A stretch of DNA of 62,639 bases, filler included, from an uncultured Gemmatimonadota bacterium (GTDB taxonomy: Bacteria; GCA-2686955): assembly GCA_964490075.1 (NCBI GenBank). It is 4 parts of 4 records of this genome, joined end to end, with 100 filler letters (N's around TTAATTAATTAA, not from the genome) between each part and the next. Parts side by side here need not be neighbours in the genome. Positions count along the whole stretch, not along the records: positions 1 to 16,144 come from CAZBBK010000090.1; positions 16,245 to 32,177 come from CAZBBK010000091.1; 2 more parts are not named here. One strand, given 5' to 3'. A program made the translations under genes and the position numbers. Under the pieces are notes generated by a model. It made no database searches. It was not told the origin of the DNA and was given only the letters and a program-made list of their open reading frames with translations. Of this stretch, positions 10,210-19,029 are shown piece by piece. Each line of letters begins with the position of its first letter. Positions within the stretch are counted from its first letter, which is position 1.

Positions 10210-11306
10210 ATGAAACTCACTGCAGTCCAACTCGCCGCCGCGGGGGCCATCGGCATAGCGATTGGAGCATCGCGGGCACGCCCAGGGAGGCCGATTCCCT
10301 CCCGGCCCGCCGCTCCGCGCGGCCTCGATACCGCGGGCGCGTTCGTCGCCACCGGGCGCCCGGCGCCGGGCGCCGACCACGATCCCCCGAACGTGATACT
10401 GCTGATGGTCGATGACTACGATCTGGAGTCCTGGCGCAGCCTGCAGACCCGGCCCCGGCCGCTCACACTGGTTTCCTGAAGTGGGGCGGTAACGACGAGA
10501 CGAGCCGCTTCCGTGCCCTGGTCCGGCCTCCGCGGCGCTACCTGGATCTGCTCGAGAACGATCCTTTCCCGCTGCCTGAATCGCCGTCCTACAACGTGGC
10601 CGATGTATCGGACAAGCCCTGGTTCGTGCGGAATCCGGCGATAACTTCGCAGGAGGAGTCCAATCTGATCGTACAGTTCAACTCCAGGCAGGGTGCGCTG
10701 CTAGCGGTCGACGACCTGGTGGGACGGGTGGTCGAGACACTCGAGAGCCTCGATGAGCTGGACAACACTGTCATCGTCTTCACATCCGACCACGGTTACT
10801 TCCTGGGCCAGCACCGGCTCTCGCTCAAGGGCTACGCTTACGAAGAAGCGGCGCGGATTCCGCTGCATATCCCCTACCCGGGGCAGGCGGCGGAGAACGT
10901 AGAGCAGCTGGTTCTGAACACCGATCTGGCTCCCACCATCCTGGCCATGGCGGCGATGCCGGCGAATCGATCGATGGATGAGCGGTCGCTGCTGCCATTG
11001 ATCGAAGGAGTGGATCCGCCGGTCTGGCGCAAGCTCTTCTTGATGGAGTTGACCTGGTACCAGCCGGCCGGCTAACACCATGCCCTGCGGCTGCTGGATC
11101 CCGGTGGACAAGATCGTCTGTTCACGGACTACTTCCGGTCCGGTGGCGCATACCAGACAACGGAGTTCTACGATCTTCTATGGGACCCCTATCAGGAGCA
11201 GAACAGCTAAGAACGACTCGACCCCGCAACGGCCAGCGCCTATCGCGCGTGGCTGGACGCGGCCAAGGTCTGCAACGGCGCGGGCTGTCGTGATCTGGAG
11301 GAGTGA
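10210..11306 (+). pseudogene. Disrupted exported sulfatase (N-acetylglucosamine-6-sulfatase-like)
   Basis: Signal peptide plus PPNVILLMVDD, frame change at about 10446 with the CxPxR region missing; second frame carries DVSDKP, AVDDLVG, FTSDHGYFLGQH, EFYDL..DPY and has two in-frame TAA (11073, 11208). Confidence 0.85.
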
Positions 11307-11307
11307 G

Positions 11308-12313
11308 ATGTCCGTCGAGACATCGAAACCGATCGCGTTCCACCTCATGGCCAAGCCGAGCGGACCCGCGTGCAATCTCGAGTGCCAGTACTGTTTCTAC
11401 CTGGCCAAAGAGGGCATGCTACGCTCGGTCGCGGGATGGAGGATGCCGGATGCGGTCCTGGATCGTTATGTTCGGAGCTACATCCAGAGTCAGGAGGTGC
11501 CGGTCATCTCCTTCACCTGGCAGGGCGGCGAGCCGACCCGGCAGCGCTGCACGATCGCTTTCGGGCAGATCGGGGGGGCGGGGCGACGCACGCGCGAGTC
11601 TTGCGCGGCATCGAGTGTCTGCTCCGGCACTCGGTGGAGTTCAATACGTTGACCGTGCTGAACGTCGCGACCGGGGCTGCTCCGCGCGATGTGTATCGAC
11701 ACCTGGTCGACGTGGGATCCCGATGGATGCAGTTCATTCCCGCGGTGGAGCGATGCTCCGACAGCTCCCACGCTGGTCGGTCGTCGATGAAGGGCGGGGC
11801 GGAAGTCACGCCGTGGAGCATTCGACCCGAACAGTGGGGGGAGTTCCTGATCGGCGTCTTCGACGAGTGGCGCGGTCGCGACGTTGGTAGGGTCTTCGTG
11901 CAGCTCTTCGAGGCCCTGCTCGCCATGCGTGCTGGGCTGCCGGCCGGTCTATGCGTGCTGTCCAAGACCTGCGGCAAGGCTCTTGCCGTGGAGCGCGACG
12001 GGGCGGTGTACTCCTGCGATCAGTTCGTCGATCGATCTCATCGTCTCGGCAACCTGCTCCACGAAGAGCTCGGGGACATGGTGATGTCGCAGAGGCAGAG
12101 AGCATTCGGCGAGGAGAAGTGGCGGGGTTTGCCGAGTTGCTGCCGTCGCTGCGAGTTCCTCTCCCGGTGCTACGGTGAGTGCCCGCGGCACCGCTTCCTG
12201 CGCAGTGCCGACGGAGAGCCGGGGTTGAGTTGTCTCTGCTGCGAAGGTCACCGGGCGTTGTTCGCCGACAGCGAGCCCCACTTCGAAACGATGTGGCAGC
12301 TGCTCCGGCTCGG
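11308..12313 (+). pseudogene. Disrupted anaerobic sulfatase maturase (anSME/ChuR, radical SAM-SPASM)
   Basis: AKPSGPACNLECQYCFY, WQGGEPT, then deletion and frameshift at about 11535-11538; SPASM Cys motifs (C..TCG, VYSCD, CRRC..C.GECP) in the second frame; C-terminus lost. Confidence 0.9.
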
Positions 12314-12434
12314 TAATAGTGGGGAAGTCGTATCCATCCCCATGTCCAACGGTGATCGTGGCTGCCTGGGCCGGGCCGAGAGAAGCAAGAGCAAGAGCAG
12401 CGAGAAGTGCGACACAGGTAGGCATTCGCCTCAT
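12310..12434 (-). pseudogene. N-terminal remnant of a secreted (beta-helix-type) protein
   Basis: Clean signal peptide MRRMPTCVALLAALALASLGPAQA|ATITVGHGDGYDFPTI, after which the frame runs into the antisense of the anSME gene. Confidence 0.6.
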
Positions 12435-12766
12435 CGGACAACCTCGAGTGGAGAACCTGGAATGCGTCTGTCCGAGCCATCCTGGCGCGGCGGCTCATCA
12501 TGATGGACGAGATTACTCTATCGCGGAATCGGTCGGATATCAACGGCAGGGGGACAGCACGGTCCGAGCTTGCTGCGAAGCGGATTCGGCCCGGCCGGTG
12601 CGTCGCGTTGTTTCTATGTAAGAGATTCCGACACGGAGCGCTGCCGAATGTCGCCGATTCCGACGGCTTGCCCGCGAGCAGCGTTGATTTCCCGTCTTTT
12701 GCCGCGGCACGCCACTTGCGCTGGTCCAGGAAGGCATCTCGACACCAACGACCTCGGAGTCCCGTC

Positions 12767-14272
12767 ATGATCCCCGCCGTGTTGCCGCTCGCCTGCGCCC
12801 TCCTCGCCACCGCCGAGTATCAGAACTTCCAGGACCCGCTGCGCGTCACTCCCGCCGAAGAGCGCGCCCAGACGCTCCACGACTTCGCGCGTGGCCCGGA
12901 CGGCTCCTTTTACCTCGCCTACAACGCCAGCGTCGGCGCCGGAGGGATCTACATCCGCCGGTCGGGGGACGAAGGCGCGAGCTGGTCGGAGGCCATGCAG
13001 GTGTTCGGCCGGGCCTACGTCGACCAGAGCATCTCGGGCGGGCGCCTGACCGTCGACTCGGCCGATCCCAAGACCCTGTGGTGTGTGTTCGATTGTTCCA
13101 TGGAGGGGATCGTGAGCACGCGCTCCGAGGACGCCGGCGAGACCTGGAGTGAGATCGAGATCATTACTCCCGAGTTCGATGCCCTGTGGCCGACGCTGGC
13201 TCAGAATCCGCTCGACGGCACCCTGGTAGTGGTCTACAGCAACACCCATGGCTGGGGCGTCGACGAGCAACTGATCTCGCGCAGCTCCGATGGCGGAGAA
13301 TCCTGGTCGGTCCCGGAGTCGCTGCCCAAGATCCAGCCCAATCGCGACACCTTCCTCTGCGACATGAGCATCGACGCACAAGGCACGCTCCGTGTCATCT
13401 ACGTCAGCGTCGACAATCCGTACCTGATTCAATCCTCGGACAATGGCCTCACCTGGTCCTCGCCATCGAAGATCGGCGCCAGCGAAGGAGAGAACGGGAT
13501 CGGCGGCTGCCGGCTCCTGGTGGCCGACGGTTCGATCCACGTGGTCTACGCGCGGCGCAAGGCGACCAAGTACGTCTACTCAGACGACAACGGACTCACC
13601 TGGACCTCGCCAATCGTCGTCGACCGATTCAAGAGCTATCAATACGTCGAGGATCTCTCCATTGCAGCTCTGCCCGACAGCACCGGCATGGTGATCGGCT
13701 ACCTCTGTAACCTGGAGCGCTACGGGTCCTTCGATGACATCTACTACAAGGTGCTTCGTCCCGGAATCGTCGAGCCGCGGCGCCGTCTCAGCAACAACAT
13801 AGATGACGCGACGCAATTCGGCGAGTTCGTCGCCCACGACGACGGATCCCTGACGGCCGTCTACAGCGACGGCGCGTGGAGTTCACAGTACTTCACCGAC
13901 GTGGTTCTGGCCCGGTCGATTCCCGACGACCCTCTCGACTTCGGTGTCGCGATCGAAGAGGAGACGGCTCTGCGCACGGTGGACGCCGGCAGCGCCTACA
14001 CGCTGTCCTTCGACGTCGGCAACTGGACCGAGGCGTCCGGAGCGATCTCGACCTTCGTGACGGCTGAGGACCGAGACACTGGTGCTCTCTATCTGTTGGA
14101 TCAGCAGGGTCCGGTGGCGCTTGGACCGAATCAGCAAGAACGCTTGCACGCGACCCTGCGCGTGCCGGACTGGATCGACGAGGGAAGCTGGAATCTGCGC
14201 GTCAGTGTGGGGCCGGAGTTTGGGGTTGGCTACGACTCCGACGGCTTCCAGACGGGGGTGTTCAGCGACTGA
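12767..14272 (+). CDS. Secreted BNR/Asp-box (sialidase-like beta-propeller) protein with Ig-like C-terminal domain
   Basis: Repeated S-x-D-x-G-x-T/S-W Asp boxes (SGDEGASW, SEDAGETW, SSDGGESW, SSDNGLTW, SDDNGLTW); hydrophobic N-terminus after ATG 12767 with GGAG RBS. Confidence 0.85.
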   Translation: MIPAVLPLACALLATAEYQNFQDPLRVTPAEERAQTLHDFARGPDGSFYLAYNASVGAGGIYIRRSGDEGASWSEAMQVFGRAYVDQSISGGRLTVDSADPKTLWCVFDCSMEGIVSTRSEDAGETWSEIEIITPEFDALWPTLAQNPLDGTLVVVYSNTHGWGVDEQLISRSSDGGESWSVPESLPKIQPNRDTFLCDMSIDAQGTLRVIYVSVDNPYLIQSSDNGLTWSSPSKIGASEGENGIGGCRLLVADGSIHVVYARRKATKYVYSDDNGLTWTSPIVVDRFKSYQYVEDLSIAALPDSTGMVIGYLCNLERYGSFDDIYYKVLRPGIVEPRRRLSNNIDDATQFGEFVAHDDGSLTAVYSDGAWSSQYFTDVVLARSIPDDPLDFGVAIEEETALRTVDAGSAYTLSFDVGNWTEASGAISTFVTAEDRDTGALYLLDQQGPVALGPNQQERLHATLRVPDWIDEGSWNLRVSVGPEFGVGYDSDGFQTGVFSD

Positions 14273-14281
14273 GGCGTCCGA

Positions 14282-14449
14282 CTGGGTCCCGATGAGTTCG
14301 TCGAGGTGAAGCGTGGCCGGACCAGCCCGTTCGAATTCCGCTGGTTCCCATCGGTGTTCCCGCAAGCGCGGCTGACGGTCGTGGGGGCGAATCGCTTCGA
14401 GACCGATCGCATCCGGGGCGTCACGCTCGAGGATTTCCTGAGCGAGTAG
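14282..14449 (+). pseudogene. Possible C-terminal remnant of an AAA ATPase/DUF4143-type gene
   Basis: Startless frame LGPDEFVEVKRGRTSPFEFRWF...VTLEDFLSE* with an E-V-K nuclease-like motif. Confidence 0.45.
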
Positions 14450-14545
14450 TCGTCGAACGCCAGGCACCGGACACGCGCCGGAACGACCAGAATCCCCCAA
14501 CCCGACAGCCTGCACCCACGCCCTGCAACGGGAACGGGCTCACGC

Positions 14546-16144
14546 CTACAAACCCAAGTCCTCTTCCTCTTCTTCTCCCCCTTCCCCCATCCCCACCCCC
14601 GCCACCTCCCAGAAATCGGCCAAGATGTAGCCATCGGGGTCGGGCTCCAGGTCGATCACGTCGCCTTCGACGGCGAGCACGAAGCTCTGCACCGTGGTGC
14701 TGTCGTCGACCGTCACGAAGAGATCGCCGGCGCCGCTGCGCACCAGGCGCAGGGTGATCGGCATGCGGTAGGGGTTGACGCCGCCCTGCACCTGGGTGAT
14801 CTCGAGGTCGACGCGGGTCGAGTCGCCCGGCAGGGGGCTCATGTCGACCGAGTAGCGGTAATCCGGCCGTCCGGCCTCGAAGAGCCAGGGGTCGAAGAAC
14901 CAGTCGAGGTCCTGGCCGGCGACGTCGGCCGCCAGGTCGGTGAACTGGGCGGTGACCGCCGACTGGTGGGGGTAGGTGTCGCCCCAGGTGCGCAGGATCT
15001 CCAGGGCGGTGTCGCGCCCGACGATGCCGCGCAGCATGTGCAGCACCCAGGCCCCTTTCTCGTAGACCGTGCTGTTGAAGGTCCAGTTGGGGGCGTAGAT
15101 CGGACCGTCGAAATAGGAGTAGGCGATCGCCTGCATGTAGGCCAGGTAGGCGTTCTCGCCCGAGATCCCTTCGGTCCAGATCGCCTCGCCCCAGGTGGCG
15201 AAGCCTTCGTTCAGCCAGATGTCGTCCCAGGTGGCGCAGGTCACCAGGTCGCCCCACCACTGGTGGGCCAGCTCGTGGGCGGCGATCCAGTCGAAGTAGT
15301 GGGTGCCGGTGTAGAGGCCGGTGCCGTAGCTGGTCAGGGTGGCGTGCTCCATCGCCCCGCCCCAGGGGAACTCGATCTGGCCGTACTTCTCGTCGGCGTA
15401 GGGGTAGTCGCCCCATTCCGCCTCGAACACGGCGAGCATTCCGGGGATGGCGGTGACGTCCTCGGTGGCCTCGGGCACGGTCTCGGGCCAGGTGTAGTAG
15501 TGCAGCGGCAGGGTGCCGCCGGCTTGCAGCTCGTAGGAGTCTTCGATCAGCACGAAGTTGGTGGCGGTGACGGCGACCAGGTAGGTCGGGATCGGGTAGC
15601 CGATCGACCAGTCGTGGGTGCTGGTGCCGTCGCCGTTGTCGGTGACGCCGAGCAGCAGGCCGTTCGAACCGACGGTGAACATGCTGTACATGGTGACGCT
15701 GATGTCGGCGGTGGCCTTGTCGTCGGGGCGGTCCTTGCAGGGCCACCAGCTGCGCGACCCCTCGGGCTCCGACAGGGTCCAGACCACCGGCGGGTTGCGC
15801 CCCCAGTAGATGTCGAAGCCGCCGAAGCCGACCGGGATCGGGTCGCCGTGGTAGGCGACGGTCAGGGTGGTGGTCTCGCCGGGGCGCAGCGGCGGGCTGA
15901 GGGCCACGGCCAGGCGCGCCTGCGAGTGGTCGAAGGCCTGCGCGCCGACGGTGTCGCGGTCGACCGCCGTGACCGTCATGTTGGAGGCCAGGTCGAGCTC
16001 GATCTGGTAGACGGTCGGTCCGGTCGGTTGCAGGGTCAGGGCCAGGGTGCCCTCGACCACGCGCGCGCCGCCCCAGGGGTCGATGGCGATGTCGAGGGCG
16101 TAGTGCAGGGCGTCGAAGGACTCCTGGGTGGGGTCGGGCAGGGG
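14546..16144 (-). CDS. M1 family zinc aminopeptidase (5' end cut by contig break)
   Basis: GAMEH exopeptidase motif, HELAH-x18-E (AHELAHQWWG...WLNEGFA), VYEKGAWVLHMLR. Confidence 0.95.
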   Translation of the reverse strand, partial: PLPDPTQESFDALHYALDIAIDPWGGARVVEGTLALTLQPTGPTVYQIELDLASNMTVTAVDRDTVGAQAFDHSQARLAVALSPPLRPGETTTLTVAYHGDPIPVGFGGFDIYWGRNPPVVWTLSEPEGSRSWWPCKDRPDDKATADISVTMYSMFTVGSNGLLLGVTDNGDGTSTHDWSIGYPIPTYLVAVTATNFVLIEDSYELQAGGTLPLHYYTWPETVPEATEDVTAIPGMLAVFEAEWGDYPYADEKYGQIEFPWGGAMEHATLTSYGTGLYTGTHYFDWIAAHELAHQWWGDLVTCATWDDIWLNEGFATWGEAIWTEGISGENAYLAYMQAIAYSYFDGPIYAPNWTFNSTVYEKGAWVLHMLRGIVGRDTALEILRTWGDTYPHQSAVTAQFTDLAADVAGQDLDWFFDPWLFEAGRPDYRYSVDMSPLPGDSTRVDLEITQVQGGVNPYRMPITLRLVRSGAGDLFVTVDDSTTVQSFVLAVEGDVIDLEPDPDGYILADFWEVAGVGMGEGGEEEEEDLGL

Positions 16145-16244
16145 NNNNNNNNNNNNNNNNNNNNNNNNNNNNNNNNNNNNNNNNNNNNTTAATTAATTAA
16201 NNNNNNNNNNNNNNNNNNNNNNNNNNNNNNNNNNNNNNNNNNNN
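16145..16244. other. Artificial contig linker
   Basis: N run with central TTAATTAATTAA (stops in all six frames). Confidence 0.98.
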
Positions 16245-16795
16245 ACTAGGGGCCAGATCCGCCCCACCGATGAGAGAGCGGGGTGGCCTTGCTTTGTCAA
16301 CCCACGCTTCTGCGCCTCCGAGCCTCCTCCCGCTGCACAGGATCGGCGCCATCCGTTCTGCCGGAGCTTGGGTGCGTAGCTGCGGTTCAGCAAATCCGAT
16401 GCGCAGTAGCGCCGGAAGTTCTAGAGTCTGTCGTTCACTGTTTGACGTCCACTCTGCGCACACGTCGTCCGTGCTCCAGATCGGGCCATGTTGGCTCCGG
16501 CATGGATCGTCCTCGCATCGCTGTCCTGGGCGCGAACTGGACCTGGCCGCGCAGGTTGCCATTGGGCGTGTGTTTGCGCCGCCGGCAAGGTCTGACGGTC
16601 GGTCGACGAGGCGGGTTGTCGGCCGCCACCGCGTCCAGTGCCGCCTGCAGATCGCAATAGGCCGGCGGCCCGCCGCAACAGCCGGGACGGAGCCTGCAGG
16701 CGTGCCGCGTCGCGGCCGTTGTTCGGCGCGAGGTTCGACCAGCGGCTGGGCCCGGGGCCGAATACGGGACTCGAAAGCCCATACGCAACAGCCTC

Positions 16796-17245
16796 CTACC
16801 TCGAGAGGACCTCGATCTCCACCGCCACCACCCCGTCGCGCACCATCCCCAACGCCTCGGCGGCGCCGTAGGAGAGGTCGATGATCCGCCCCTCGATGAA
16901 GGGGCCGCGGTCGTTGATCCGCACGTCGATCGTCCGCCCGCTCTCCAGGCGGCGGACCCGCACTCGGGTGCCGAAGGGCAGATTGCGGTGGGCGGCGGAG
17001 ATGCCGTACATGTCGTAGACCTCGCCGTTCGCCGTGGTGCGACCGTGGAACTTCTTGCCGTAGTAGCTGGCCAAACCTCGCTGGCGCCAGCCGGGGGGCG
17101 GACCCTCTTGCTCGAATACCGGGTCGCCCGGAAAGGTGTTGCGCGTAGGCGGGCCGTAGCGCAGCGCCGGGCCGCAGGCCGCACACATCAGGGAGAGGCC
17201 GGCCACGGCGGCGAGGATGCGGAGCCTCCACGGGAGAGCTACCAC
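16796..17245 (-). CDS. rlpA: RlpA family septal ring lytic transglycosylase (lipoprotein, DPBB domain only)
   Basis: LMCAAC lipobox; GLASYYG..FHGRTTANGEVYD, AAHRNLPFGT, RINDRGPF, IIDLSY. Confidence 0.92.
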   Translation of the reverse strand: MVALPWRLRILAAVAGLSLMCAACGPALRYGPPTRNTFPGDPVFEQEGPPPGWRQRGLASYYGKKFHGRTTANGEVYDMYGISAAHRNLPFGTRVRVRRLESGRTIDVRINDRGPFIEGRIIDLSYGAAEALGMVRDGVVAVEIEVLSR

Positions 17246-19029
17246 GGCCGCAAGGTCCCCACCGCCGACTCGACGGTCGCGCAGCCCTGGGCGCGCAGCC
17301 AGGCGGCGATCCCATCGCCGATCGCCAGCGGTGCTTCGGGATCGACGAAGTTCATGGTGCCGACCGAGATCGCGCTCGCGCCGGCGACGATGAACTCGCA
17401 GGCGTCCGCGGCCGTGCAGATGCCGCCGCCGCCCAGAATGGGGATCGACACCGCCTGGGAGACCGTCCAGGTCATCGCCAGGGCGACCGGCTTCACGCCT
17501 GGGCCGGAGTAGCCGGCGGTGCCGCGGGCGATCCAGGGGCGGCGCGTGTCGAGATCGATCGCCATGCCGACCAGGGTGTTGATCAGCGAGAGGGCGTCGG
17601 CGCCGCCTTCCTCGGCGGCCTGCGCGACGGCCGCGATGTCGGTGACGTTGGGGGTCAGCTTGACGATCAGAGGGAAGGGACAGCGATCTCGGGCCCGCGC
17701 CACGAAGGCCCGGATGGTGTCGGGATCGGATGCCAGCCGCATCCCCCCGGCGACGTTCGGGCAGGAGAGATTGAGCTCGATGCCGTCGATGCGCGGATGG
17801 CCGGCCAGCCGATCGAGCAGGCGAAAGTACTCCTCCTCGTCGTGGCCGACGATGTTGACGATGAGCCGCGTGCCGATCTCGTCGAAGAAGGGCAGCTTGT
17901 CGGCGATGAAGCGCTCGATGCCGACATTCTGCAGGCCGATGGCGTTCAGCATGCCGGTCGGCAGCTCGCGGATCCGGGGCGGCGGATTGCCGGGGCGGGG
18001 CTGCTCCGACACCGACTTGGTGATCACCGCGCCGAGCCGCTCCAGGTCGACGATGCGGGCGTACTCCCCGCCGTAGCCAAAGGTGCCGCTGGCGACCACC
18101 ACCGGGCTCGCCATCTCGATGCCGGCGAAACGCACGCTCAGATCGAGGGGCTGCTCCGGCGACAGCGGAGTCGCGCGCGGCGGTGCGGAGGGTGCGAGCG
18201 CCTTCCAGTCCAGGTCGGCGGCGGAGTAGATCGTGCCCTCGTCGCAGAGCATGGTCAGCCCGCGCGGTGCTTTCGGCGCGCCGGCCGAGGGGAGGGCGCA
18301 ACCCATGCAGGCGCCCACGCCGCAGGCCATCGGGCTCTCCAGGCTGACCTGCGCCTCCAGCCCGCGCTCGGCGGCCAGCCGCGCCAACGCCGCGAGCATC
18401 GGCATCGGACCGCAGGCCTGCACCAGCAGCGCGCGCGGGTCGGCCCCCGCGACCACCGCGCGCAACAGGTCGACCGCCGTCCCCCGCGTCCCTCGCGAGC
18501 CGTCGTCGGTGGCGATCCGGAGGTCGACGCCCAGTGTGTGCAGCTCGTCGGCGAAGGCCAGCTCGGAGCCACTTTGGGCGCCCAGAATGAAGACGATCGA
18601 GCTCGGAACCCTGCCGGACTGAATCTCGCGCCAGGCCTGGAAGTAGAGCGGCGGGAAGCCGACGCCGCCGGCGACCAGCACGAGCGAGAGGCGCCGATCG
18701 GGGGTCTCCCAGGCGGCTCCCAGCGGCCCCAGCGTGCGCAGCCGATCGCCGCTCGTCGCTCGGGCCAGGCGCCGCGTGCCGCGGCCGACCTCCTTGAACG
18801 CGAACTGCACGCGACCGGTGGCCCGACCGGCGTGCAAGATGCTCATGGGGCGCGGCAGGAAGAACTCCTCAGGGTCCGCCGGAGGCAGCAGCTGGAGGAA
18901 CTGGCCGGGCCGTGCGAGGGCGGCGATCTCGGGGGCGTCGAGGGTGACGAAGCGAAAGACCCCTTGATCGAAACGCTCCACGACTTCGGCATCGCAGAGC
19001 GGAATATTGGGCGGTGTTTCGGTGGTCAT
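17239..19029 (-). CDS. pyrD: Fused PyrK (electron transfer subunit)-PyrD (class 1B dihydroorotate dehydrogenase)
   Basis: N-half: RPMS, AGGVGFPP, TDDGS, ACGP, MACGVGACMGC..C (2Fe-2S). C-half: ASGTFGYG, GNPPPRI, NAIGLQN, NLSCPN, VKLTPN, GYSG. One open frame. Confidence 0.92.
   Translation of the reverse strand: MTTETPPNIPLCDAEVVERFDQGVFRFVTLDAPEIAALARPGQFLQLLPPADPEEFFLPRPMSILHAGRATGRVQFAFKEVGRGTRRLARATSGDRLRTLGPLGAAWETPDRRLSLVLVAGGVGFPPLYFQAWREIQSGRVPSSIVFILGAQSGSELAFADELHTLGVDLRIATDDGSRGTRGTAVDLLRAVVAGADPRALLVQACGPMPMLAALARLAAERGLEAQVSLESPMACGVGACMGCALPSAGAPKAPRGLTMLCDEGTIYSAADLDWKALAPSAPPRATPLSPEQPLDLSVRFAGIEMASPVVVASGTFGYGGEYARIVDLERLGAVITKSVSEQPRPGNPPPRIRELPTGMLNAIGLQNVGIERFIADKLPFFDEIGTRLIVNIVGHDEEEYFRLLDRLAGHPRIDGIELNLSCPNVAGGMRLASDPDTIRAFVARARDRCPFPLIVKLTPNVTDIAAVAQAAEEGGADALSLINTLVGMAIDLDTRRPWIARGTAGYSGPGVKPVALAMTWTVSQAVSIPILGGGGICTAADACEFIVAGASAISVGTMNFVDPEAPLAIGDGIAAWLRAQGCATVESAVGTLRPW

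Noticed and set aside
11073-11210. Stop-codon reassignment (TAA as Tyr)
   Set aside because: Confined to a gene that also has a large deletion. Intact genes in the window show no in-frame TAA.
12500-12766. N-terminal extensions in the ORF track (BNR protein, and likewise rpoC, rplA, larB, rlpA, epimerase)
   Set aside because: Artefacts of longest-ORF calling. Downstream starts have RBS, coupling or homology support.
14270-14272. Selenocysteine/readthrough at the BNR gene TGA
   Set aside because: No redox-motif context or clear SECIS, and the protein already ends in a plausible terminal domain.
16245-16795. Non-coding stretch after rlpA
   Set aside because: No recognisable gene, RNA family or repeat could be supported from the sequence.
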